From the NCBI GenBank assembly GCA_965644265.1, contig OZ286469.1, positions 74,462,001 through 74,526,000 of the forward strand: DNA of 64,000 bases, in the 5' to 3' direction. This document shows positions 24,786 to 35,114 of this stretch, piece after piece (position 1 is the stretch's first letter; every line of letters starts with the position of its first letter). The translations under genes and the position numbers were made by a program. The notes beneath the pieces were generated by a model. That model was given only the letters and a program-made list of their open reading frames with translations. It was not told where the DNA came from and did no database searches. This stretch comes from Glycera tridactyla. Taxonomy: Eukaryota.

Positions 24786-27353
24786 GTATTGTATTGGTAC
24801 TTCATTCAACATAGCAAATGTATGAAAATTTGAGAGGCAGCTAAAAATACCAGTACTGACTGAATATTGAAGTTTAGATTTATGCTCACTGACAAAGTCT
24901 GCTGTTATTTGTTGTCTGATAATATCAAGTCCAATATTTATAGAAGAGGAATCGCCACTTACCAGTCTACTTGGCTAGCGGAGTACTCTAAATAAGAAAT
25001 CAGAACAATTATAAGATCCAGCCATCTCCTTGATATGCCTTTGTAAAGAGCAATAAATAGGTCACTGTAAGTAACACACGACCTGGTTATCCTAGAGCTG
25101 ATGAAAATACATGGGCAGTGCATATGGACAGACATGGTATATGAAAATATTTCTACACTTTCAATGTGACAAATGAATCCATCAAGCCCCAACCTAATCA
25201 TGAAAATATATATCACAAATACAGTGCTCATCAAAAATGTTTTATAGGACCCGTATCTCACAACACAAGGGTGAACAGCAAAATTCTGCTTCACATAAAC
25301 CTTTTTGGTACATTTGTCCAGCGAAATACATATCTTACATACCAAGATCCACTGTACATATAACAGTGACGATATTGGCATCTTTATAGCATCTTGTCTG
25401 AGTAAATGAACAATGTTCGATGTTTTCTTGCCGCCATTCATGTCAATCCTTTCTTTTTGAGATTCTAGTACTCTGCCCTCTGGCAAAGTATTACTGTTTT
25501 TCGATAGCATCCTTCCTTCCTGTAAATGATTTCTTTTGGCTCATATCATCTCGCAACTTCTTTTTCTTTGGTAATCCATGATAGTTGACATGTTTGATGG
25601 TGTTTTTTGATAAGCTCTCGAAGTGGAAACCAGATTCATGGTGCAGCAATATTTTTTTCATTTATGATGTGCTGATCACAGGCTTTACTCATGATCTCCC
25701 TCAGTATGGGTACAAGGCAGGTGTTCCTAGTGGCATGTTCAATTGAAAGCAAACTGTTGAGTTGAATTCCACATGTTGAGCATATTCCAAATGAATATTT
25801 CACAGATCGTATCATTTTATTTGACAAAAACAGACTTCCATTTAGGTGGCAGTTCCTATTTGAATTTGACTAGTGATCAGCAACTGTACACTTGCAAAAA
25901 AATCTTTGATTTGAAGTATAATTTCTATAGAGTAAACGAAGCAAGAATATGTAATTGCATTGTTACGACGTGAACAATTAATCTTTCAATACATTATAAA
26001 GCGGCTTTGATTGGCCATTCTGATTGAAGTATTTGTTGGTATTCATTTTTGCAGCCCATGACCAAGAGAAGACTGTAGCTGGTTAGTCCTTTGTATTCTT
26101 ATGGCTTCCTCATATCTGACTGAAATCAAATGATTGATCTCTGAAAATATTAAAATCAATTGTTCTCTTTTATAAAAGTGCATAACATGTTGAACTAATA
26201 AGTTTCCAACGTACAAGAATGCAATCAACAAATCATACACTGGCTCATTTGATTGGAGTATCAGGAATTCAACGATGACCATGCTATTTTACATAGATCT
26301 ATCCAAAAATATCGTGAAATGATGTGATTATTTTGTAAAGGTCACAGAGCCTTCAAACAAGTAAGTGACAAAATATTAGGATCTTATAGCTGAGATTAAA
26401 GTGGGGCTGAGATGTGGGGGAATAATGCAAATTTTCGAATGAGGATCATGGATCCTTTTGAACAATTTTCACATACAATCGCTGTTTCACATCTTGAATT
26501 TGGAATTGCTGTGATAAGCCAGACACTAGGGGAATCAAAGAATGCTAGCTGGAATACTGGAATCAAATTTTGGAGTGACCATCCATGCAATCTCTAATTT
26601 GATGACCTAGATAGGGATATTTCCTTATACGTGCATAGGGGTTTGAATCATCCAAATTCACTGAGACTGGTGGCTTTGATTTATTGTTGATCAAAGATGC
26701 CTCCCTACGAATATCACCTATTCTACTCATGACATCACAGGCCAATGTATATTGCCTGGAAAATTGACAAAATTGTAGTTCAAATGAATGTTGAAACCAT
26801 ACTTCTCGCATTTCATGTAATATTGGCTAGACGAAAATTCTATTTGAATCATGTTATCGAATCTTCATATTGGTTAGAATCCATTGCAGAAGCTCAGATC
26901 ATAAGTTACATACTAGGCTTGAAAAACAAATTGCATCTCACACTCTTGCCTGCTATACATCCCTAGGTTGAAGTAAACATCTTCTCAAATCATCACATAC
27001 ATATGCTGATTCCCAATCAGGGAAAAATCAGCATCTATTATTAGTATCCTAAGTGGCAGCCACTATTGTGACTCACAAACATGTGCAAGCATATCTGTCA
27101 TTAAATTTTTCACTTGTGAGTTTCTTCATTCAATACCAGCATTTCAATCCAGTCAGTTGGTATGGCAGTTGTAATATAAGGGGAACCAAAGAGATTGATA
27201 AGTATTCAATGGATATGAATCATTCTGGGGTTGAAAGAAACAATATTGTGTGATCCTTGTTTGATATCAGATAAAGTACATGCCAGGGTATGAGGTCATA
27301 TATAAAAAACAAAACTAATCTTCACGTCACAGTACATTTCATTGATTTTTCAG

Positions 27354-27407
27354 GGGCTCAATGGGAGAGGACCACTTCAACAGAAACGGGAATTTACACT
27401 GCTTCTG
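27354..27407 (+). CDS. Array exon A28, 54 nt: (G)AQWERTTSTETGIYTAS
   Basis: atttttcag|GGGCTC...CTTCTG|gtatca. Confidence 0.8.
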
Positions 27408-27936
27408 GTATCAAAACTTATTTGTTTTATATCATGGGAGGACTTTGTCCCAGTATCTATCCACACAGTGCATGATTTATACTTGTGCTAAGGAAATTAA
27501 TCATGACAAACACAATGACACACTATTCTCTTGCATTATCAATTATTTCTTCAAATCATGGATTTCGAAATTGACTTTTTCGAAATTGATCATTGCCATT
27601 CATATTATGACTCTAGAGCTGAAGAATGGATGAAATCGATTAATATCATGCATGATGAAGATTGAAGTTCAACTACATCACAGGGCTCTATGTTGGCCGA
27701 AGTATTTGATAGTTGATATTTTGGTAGGCCGTGCCAACTGTTGGTAGCTGATATATACATTTTCGATTACAATCTCAAATTTTGAAGGGCAGCTGCATCC
27801 TAACTTTTGAAATATGGTAGTCAGAGGGTACATTTGGTAGCCCTCTGACATCTCGCCCATGAATGGCTTTATGACACTACTTACCCTTCACAGCCATCCT
27901 GATATAACCTTTCACTGTTTACCACTCTTTTCACAG

Positions 27937-27990
27937 AAACTAAACGAAAGAGGACGTCATCTATGGGGGCAGGACTATTTTCATGTTATG
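27937..27990 (+). CDS. Array exon A29, 54 nt: (E)TKRKRTSSMGAGLFSCY
   Basis: cttttcacag|AAACTA...TGTTATG|gtactt. Confidence 0.88.
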
Positions 27991-28488
27991 GTACTTCTAT
28001 TTTCTCATACCATTTGGGAATGTGGTCATAATGTAGCACCTATTTTCTGGTATATATGACAGTTGTCAACAAATTTTGACCTCTCATGTTTCCGATTGCT
28101 GACAGTGTCAACATTCTCAACTAAGTACTGAATTCTGCATAATACTGAGAGAATGACACCTTGTGTATCATAAATTTTCACCTTCAGTTCGCGACCTGGA
28201 ATGATCATACCCAATTCGCCTTGTATAGGCATTGCAACACAGCTCATAAGGTGCTATTGGTACATAAAACAACCACCCAACCAACCAACTTGAAAGAATT
28301 GCGATAGGGGTTGAGTTTAACCAGCTGGACTCTGTATGTATATGAGTCGTCATGTCATTGTAGTGAATGTCCCTGGCAGCGGTGCCTTCAAGTCCTGAAT
28401 GCATGATCCTTTGGGCTGATATTCCAACAAACCATCAGGTGTTTAGCATCAGCACTAGTCTCACATTGATGATACTTTGTTTGCACAG

Positions 28489-28542
28489 GTGGCCAAACAG
28501 GGAGGACTTCACCATATGACTCTGGACAGTTCTTATGCTATG
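28489..28542 (+). CDS. Array exon A30, 54 nt: (G)GQTGRTSPYDSGQFLCY
   Basis: tttgcacag|GTGGCC...TGCTATG|gtatta. Confidence 0.86.
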
Positions 28543-28895
28543 GTATTATGTCTTCATATAATATTGATAAGTTTCGCATTCAGGTCTCATTGCATTTTGT
28601 GGCAGATATGATGAATTCAAGTACAATTTCAACTTTGCAACCGGTTATATTCGACTTGCAGTCAAAAACTGAACATTCCATCCTATCAGTCACATTCCCT
28701 GTCAACAACAAATTTATCAAAAACATCGTTCATATCAATGAGGACTGTGAGTATCATTCATGTTTCATGAAATAATTCTTGTTTTCTATCTTTGCTAGAC
28801 ATACATGCTTTCCATACACCAATACATCACAACATCCTCTAGCAAATTACATGGACATACATGAATATGCATTCTCTCCTCCTTTTTTTTGACAG

Positions 28896-28949
28896 GATCT
28901 CCAAGGGACAGAAATTCTCCATCAGGAAGTGGATTATTTTCATGTTATG
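28896..28949 (+). CDS. Array exon A31, 54 nt: (G)SPRDRNSPSGSGLFSCY
   Basis: tttttttgacag|GATCTC...TGTTATG|gtacat. Confidence 0.88.
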
Positions 28950-29381
28950 GTACATGATACAGATTTTTATAATAATGAACCCATTCATTGAACCAAGAGC
29001 AATTATGATGGAGTATGCCTCAAATATCATGACTCTATATAGAATAAACTACTGGTTGATAACCATCAGACTTTCAGTGGGTTGAAGACATTCTGTGATC
29101 AGCAGGGAAAGATGATGACGATTCAATCATAAGGGAAACCTTTCTTCTGCCAAAGTATTATCCAACTCTAGGAAGTATTAACGTTGGTACTACTGCAATT
29201 GAATATCATGCCAAGACTCATTGGTAAATCTGCTACATTTTTGTCTAGTATCAGTGAATTTGTGTGCTAGAATGGGTGGAAGTGGTTACATAATGTATGC
29301 ATATTGTGAGTTTGTGTGTATGTTTGTGTGTGAGAGAGATGTATCATCTCTTACCTTGGTATCTCACTGTTGCTATTGCAG

Positions 29382-29423
29382 ACCGACGTGAACAGTTCAG
29401 AACATCTGTCAGCAAACCTATTG
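29382..29423 (+). CDS. Array exon A32, 42 nt: (D)RREQFRTSVSKPI
   Basis: ctattgcag|ACCGAC...CCTATTG|gtacta. Confidence 0.75.
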
Positions 29424-29954
29424 GTACTATTTTTATTTCTCCCTGCGACATGTGATACTTGTTTTGCTCATTAGAATGGCCAATTGGTCCTTTTTATTGT
29501 TGACCTCAAAATTCAATCGGACTAGTATCGTAAATATGGGCATCGTGTCGTGCAATGACTGTCAATGTCCATTATTGATGCTTGAAATTTTGAGATGATT
29601 CGTCCATCTCAACGTATGAAAAAAAGTTTATTGGTCATCAACTATTCCCACATCAATTTCGCAGAAAGGCCTGATGCGTGATTTTTGTGACAATCCACTA
29701 GTGCACTTCTGGTGCATTGGTGTAAAAACAGCAATATTCATGTCAAATCAAAATCAGTTATGCAAAGTTTGCATTCATTCTCGGATGCCATACTTGTTAT
29801 GAGCAGTAGTCACATCTGAGATTAGTGTGCTATTCAAACATTGGCTCTCATTTTGTGAGCTATCAACATGTCATTCATAAGAGCTAGATTTGAGGTATTT
29901 GGAGTTCTGTTCAAAATCTCTTGTGGTATAGTCCTTATCTTGCCTTCTTTTCAG

Positions 29955-30056
29955 ACACAAATTCAACGGAATATGAACCAAAATCTGTTGGACAGACATA
30001 TGAAACAAAGAAATATGAGCAGATGCATGGAGCAAAATCTGTTGGACAATCTTATG
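29955..30056 (+). CDS. Array exon A33, 102 nt: (D)TNSTEYEPKSVGQTYETKKYEQMHGAKSVGQSY
   Basis: cttcttttcag|ACACAA...TCTTATG|gtatct; internal duplication KSVGQ[T/S]Y. Confidence 0.85.
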
Positions 30057-30693
30057 GTATCTCTTTTGTTTTTCTCATTAAGACAACATGGAACTGACAA
30101 TATTTTGACGGAAGCAATGGTCAGTAAGATTTGCTCAGATTGGCAGAAAAGATTTTCATAATCTTGTATCATGCTCAGCTTTGCAGAAAAGATTTTCATA
30201 ATCTTGTATTATGTACCAATGGCCAGTGTCTTCCACTTTGGTATCTGGATCTGAATTATTATGTCGTTCCATTCTGAGCCTATCACTTGTCCTGAATAAT
30301 CCCATCCTTTATTCTTTGAATGGGGCATCTTGGTATGGCCCAGATGTTGCCGATTAGATGAATAAGGTCAAACAACCAACCAACCAAGTGTCAAGAATCT
30401 CGTGGAGTGGATGTCTAATGATGCTCCTGACATGACATTACAGCAAAAGTATCCACAGTGAGGATTCAGTGGAGATCTATCTCTTTCAGATAGTCTTTTT
30501 AGATTCAGCTTCACAGACTGTATTGGATTTACTGAGATTGAATGTATACTAGAACTTTATTGAGAGAGAGAGAGAGGGAGGGGGAGAGAGAGAATGAGAA
30601 TGAGAATGTACCTAAAGCTAACCCAGACGTGTCATTGATAATTTTGGCATTTCAATCATGAATGATAGAGCACTGTTTTTTTCCCATTTTCAG

Positions 30694-30738
30694 GGTCCCA
30701 GAAACAGACACAGACAAACAACATTGGACAGACATATG
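30694..30738 (+). CDS. Array exon A34, 45 nt: (G)SQKQTQTNNIGQTY
   Basis: cccattttcag|GGTCCC...ACATATG|gtatat. Confidence 0.86.
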
Positions 30739-31179
30739 GTATATGATTTTCAGAATACATTACCTTTGTTTGTTTATGACTTGAGGGACATATGATGTTG
30801 GATAATTAGTTCTAGCAACTCCCCCACCAATGCAGTCATCTCCTGTCTTAAGATTGTATGCATACATGAGATGGTTAACTGTGGTATCGCACAATATGAT
30901 ACTTTGTATCAAAGAAATCAGCTGACAGATTAAACTGGGAAGTTCCATGATTCTGTGTGTATGTGGGTGTGGGTGTGTGTGTGTGTGTGTGTATGAGGGT
31001 GTGTTCATTCCCTAGAACTTGTCTTTAGATGGATATTGGTGTAGCATTAGATTTTGTTCAGTAAATTCCCCTTATGGATGAAAAGAAACTGCCTACAATA
31101 TGTGGTGGTACCTTCACATCAATGCAAATTCACTGGGAACACTGACTTACTCAAGAATAATGTATGATGTGTGTTGCAG

Positions 31180-31224
31180 GAACTTCATCTAAGCAGTATG
31201 AGTCTTCAGCTAGACATTCATATG
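31180..31224 (+). CDS. Array exon A35, 45 nt: (G)TSSKQYESSARHSY
   Basis: tgttgcag|GAACTT...TCATATG|gtattt. Confidence 0.84.
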
Positions 31225-31650
31225 GTATTTTGTTATCATTTTTCATATCAAATAGTAGGCCAGGAAAGGAAAGCTCCATGGATATGTTTCAAAGCTGCTT
31301 CACTGCTTTGGTACATGGGAATATGTTGGGAATGGGGGCAATAGTACAGGAATTGTGACTGAACAAATCACACTCTCACCAACCTTCATTTTTTTCAATG
31401 ATAGATCGTAAGACCTATAAACACACCTCCTCTGCATTAGATGATGTACTTACACCGACTGACTGACGGATCTGCTTGATCGAAACTTCTGACTGTATGT
31501 TTGCATTTGACATACTGACTGTATAGCCTACTCAGTATCATCAATGAATTACTTCCTTGAAGAGGGCATAAAATCAGCATCATATGCATGCATATTTTAT
31601 CATGGATCAGCACTGATTGACTTGAGAATTATGTATGGTATGTCTTGCAG

Positions 31651-31698
31651 AATCTTCATTGAAGCGGCAACAGTCATCTTCAGTCGGCCATTCATATG
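31651..31698 (+). CDS. Array exon A36, 48 nt: (E)SSLKRQQSSSVGHSY
   Basis: tcttgcag|AATCTT...TCATATG|gtattc. Confidence 0.84.
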
Positions 31699-32722
31699 GT
31701 ATTCCATTATCATTATTCATATCAGATTGTAGGCAATGAGTGTGTGGAATCAACATCACATGTGTCCATATACAGATTTATCATGAATCATTCACTTTTG
31801 TGAAGAGCCTTGAAAAGAAAAAGACATCCACAGACTCATGGTACATGATCAGATATTTACATAGAGGTATAGGCATATTTCGATTAATCCCATCACAACG
31901 TCATATTGCGTTCAGGTTTTGCAAGAGTTATGCTTGCAGGAGACTGAGCATCCAGCTTTCATTGATACATGACATACATAACCCTCTGTTTTGTTGAACT
32001 ATCCCATCAAGCCGAATTTTCCTTGTTCCAAGTTCTGTGCTTCGCAAAAAAGAAAAGACAAAAGAATCATAGCTATCGGAGTAGAAGGAAGTGTTGGCTT
32101 CCAGCCAGTTACATAGTTAGATATGCCATTGTCAGGTTCACTCTGTTCGTATTGTCTAGATAGAGGTATGTCCGAACTGTCAGCTACTTCCACATGACAA
32201 CCTTTCAGGTTCCCTATCATCTTGTGTTCAAGGTCTGTGAGGGTGATGGCAGGGGAGAGAACATCTAGCTTTCATTGACCAGGAACACACAGCATACATA
32301 ATCCTGTGGGTCAATACATGCTGTTAAACCTCTGACAAACATACAGATATAAACAAACAGTTTCCCCCCCCCCCCCAATAAAAACCGTGATATTATGCAG
32401 TTGGTGAACGTTTTAAGACATGTTATTCCCATGAATAGGGGTATAAAGCAATGAAGTGTTCGATTTTGGACAAAATATCAAAAGAGTACCTTTTGAAACT
32501 GAAATGTTCATATTCAGCTATTTACACTCTCTACAGTAGATCTTTGGCATTTCATGCAATTATCTCATGAGTAAATTGATGATACAAGTTCATGGATCTC
32601 AGTGCCTGCCTTTAGATGGGGAGAGGAAACTAAATAGCAGCCTGTAGCAATAGTCGAACTTCATTATGATCCCGGTGTATTCTAGTCAAAAGCATTCATA
32701 CAGCTCATCCTTTTCTTTGTAG

Positions 32723-32767
32723 GTACCAAAGTTGAGAAGACATACACTGAGCGCGCATATGGTGGTG
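32723..32767 (+). CDS. Array exon A37, 39/42/45 nt: (G)TKVEKTYTERAY[G][G]
   Basis: ttttctttgtag|GTACCA...CATATG|gtg|gtg|gtattt. Confidence 0.82.
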
Positions 32768-33409
32768 GTATTTTCTGTTTTTAAATGGCTCACCTTAACT
32801 TGATTGTTGTAGACTCACAAGAATTTATCAGATGAGTGACAGCAGTGTACTTTGGGTGGACATTCATTGATTGCGCTGCATTTCTGCGCTGTTGTTATGT
32901 ACAATTCTATGATGAGCTGTAGCGCTTTTGCGTGACATCATATTGGCGCTATGAATATTTCATTCCATTACTTGCAGTGAACATTTTATCTCTTGCTTTT
33001 GCAATTACATTCACAGAGAATGAATTCTCTCCACCCCCACTTCCATTGGAGGTACACGCAGACTCTCCAGAACCAATTCACCGCTGAAATGAGCTTCTTG
33101 CTTTGTATGGCTACAAATGTATTTGATGGGACAGATAACAATAAGATTCCCATATTTTTGGAGATTAGAAAAAGTGCTTTTGGTAATATCAGTGTGACCC
33201 AGAATTGATGCAGTGCCCTCTTGACAGCCCATGGGTTGGGAGAACCCATGTGAGCCATTTGATTGGAAGTATTTTTCGGATACATATGAGTGAATGATTG
33301 AATGAATGGATCAATCAATCAATCAATTGAAAAAAAAGCACATGTCTGAAAAATGCATCATTCAGTCTCAGTATAAATCTTATGTGAGTGAGATGTCTTG
33401 ACATTGTAG

Positions 33410-33454
33410 GTGCTCTACCTGGGAAGTCGAAATCAATTGGATATTTATCTTCTG
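33410..33454 (+). CDS. Array exon A38, 45 nt: (G)ALPGKSKSIGYLSS
   Basis: acattgtag|GTGCTC...CTTCTG|gtactt; SKS family. Confidence 0.83.
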
Positions 33455-33892
33455 GTACTTGTCTTTCCATTATCTTTATATCTATAGATCATTGTAGCAT
33501 AGCTGAAACTGAGATGACACAAGTCAGTAAGTTGAGAATCCTGTAATGTCATTTCCGTGGTGTTTCAGTTATACATGTTCTTGATATTTGGTAATCAGGT
33601 TTCTGGTAGACACATTTGTTTTGTTTTGTTTGCTAACTCTGATTCCAGCCTCATTGTGTTCATTCAATTATCTTAATGTAATTAAATTGTTGCTGTATTA
33701 AGATTGATCGATTGGCAGATTGACATTTAGGAAATGTACTATGCCTTGGTATTCTATTGCTTGGTATTGAACTAAAGTATCCAGAGAATCATTCTTCAAC
33801 CCAACTTGGATGTTGTACAGGTGGTTTGAGTGTGACAGACATCACGAAGACTAAATGAACTTTGTTGAAATTTTGTTTGAATTTCATTTCAG

Positions 33893-33934
33893 GGACAAAG
33901 ACTGACGGGAATACGTATCTTAACGGTTCATATG
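33893..33934 (+). CDS. Array exon A39, 42 nt: (G)TKTDGNTYLNGSY
   Basis: tttcatttcag|GGACAA...TCATATG|gtacta. Confidence 0.84.
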
Positions 33935-34678
33935 GTACTAGCCATTTTTGCTATTATTTCACACCGATCATCTGACTATATAATGACAGCATTTTTAATG
34001 AAAACAAGCGACGGTTAGATATACTACTTCAAATAGTATTTTGGGTCATCAATTTCCTGACTATTGATATGATTTAAAAAAAAAAATTGGGGGGGGGGGG
34101 GGGAATCACTACCGTAGAGGTATCAACATTTCAGGACTCTGCAATATAGACTTCATGATGATCATTTCCTACAGATTTGGTCGACTTGATTCCCTTCATG
34201 GGCTTATTTCGACCAATGAAAAGTAAGCAAATGATAGACTGGAATTCTGTAACAGGAAAGAGGGTACTTATAGTGCTTATGCTAAATTGCTTCATCTTGC
34301 TCATTGGTCTATAGGTCTGTGCTACAGGTTAGATTTTCCTCCATCATATCCTTGATCATGTTCATCTGGAATTTCATTCATAATTTCTTTTCCATATCAT
34401 AATACATACCATACATTTATTTCTGCACTCTATATATTGCTTTGTTTGCCAGAAACCTTCCACACCTTTACTGTCCCCCTGTGAACATATCCTGTACTCT
34501 ATTGTTAAATCTTGAAGATGGCCCACATTCAAGATTTATGAGATCAGAATATAGGATTGAATCCAGGTGGGTAGCGAGTCACATCATGTGAGATGATGTT
34601 CCTAGTGGGATTGGATGGTTTATTGCAAACAAATTGAACCCTTAACAAGTTGCCGGAACTAGGTATTTCTTATTTCAG

Positions 34679-34720
34679 GTGGCCATTGGGTGAGACGGAC
34701 CTATGTTGGACAATCATATG
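34679..34720 (+). CDS. Array exon A40, 42 nt: (G)GHWVRRTYVGQSY
   Basis: tcttatttcag|GTGGCC...TCATATG|gtatta. Confidence 0.85.
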
Positions 34721-35042
34721 GTATTAATTCAATTTTATTGTACTTTCTTTATCCAGATGTATCATATCCTGCTTTTAGAAATCCGATGACACACCACCCG
34801 CATGTACCAGAGATATCAACCAATCACATTGGTTACGGCTTTTTGTGTTGCACACAGTGCTTCACATATGATATCTTAGTGCATGACAGGAATGGGAATT
34901 GTCATTCCATAGTTTTAACTGTGATATCAGTGGAATGTGTAACAGCACATAAGTTGTATGGCATAAAAGCAATCAATCATGCTGCATATACTAGGTTACA
35001 GTGATTTTTCACAGGTCATTGATGAAGTCTTTACTGTTTCAG

Positions 35043-35114
35043 GCAAACCACAGCAGCAACAGCCAGCACCACCACCACCACAGTCATGGAAGAAGTCCCC
35101 GAAACACACTTATG
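35043..35114 (+). CDS. Array exon A41, 72 nt: (G)KPQQQQPAPPPPQSWKKSPKHTY
   Basis: ctgtttcag|GCAAAC...ACTTATG|gtatta. Confidence 0.84.

Noticed and set aside
25117-25140. Chance AG...CATG|gtatat unit of 18 nt
   Set aside because: No pyrimidine tract before the AG and no similarity to array families.
24959-26830. Minus-strand ORF fragments (183 aa and others) in the gap between A27 and A28
   Set aside because: Fragmented with no identifiable catalytic motif. A translated search against transposon proteins would be needed.
30132-30211. Two-copy 40-bp tandem repeat (gcagaaaagattttcataatcttgtat)
   Set aside because: Real but an ordinary local duplication with no evidence of function.
35015-35042. 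Upstream acceptor (ttttcacag|GTCATTGA) that could extend A41
   Set aside because: In phase 1 it reads directly into TGA, so it is not compatible with the array frame.
4422-35114. Reading the recurring TATGGTA units as a CRISPR-like or satellite array
   Set aside because: Spacing is irregular and there is no conserved long direct repeat. The conserved parts are splice signals around open reading frames in a eukaryotic gene.
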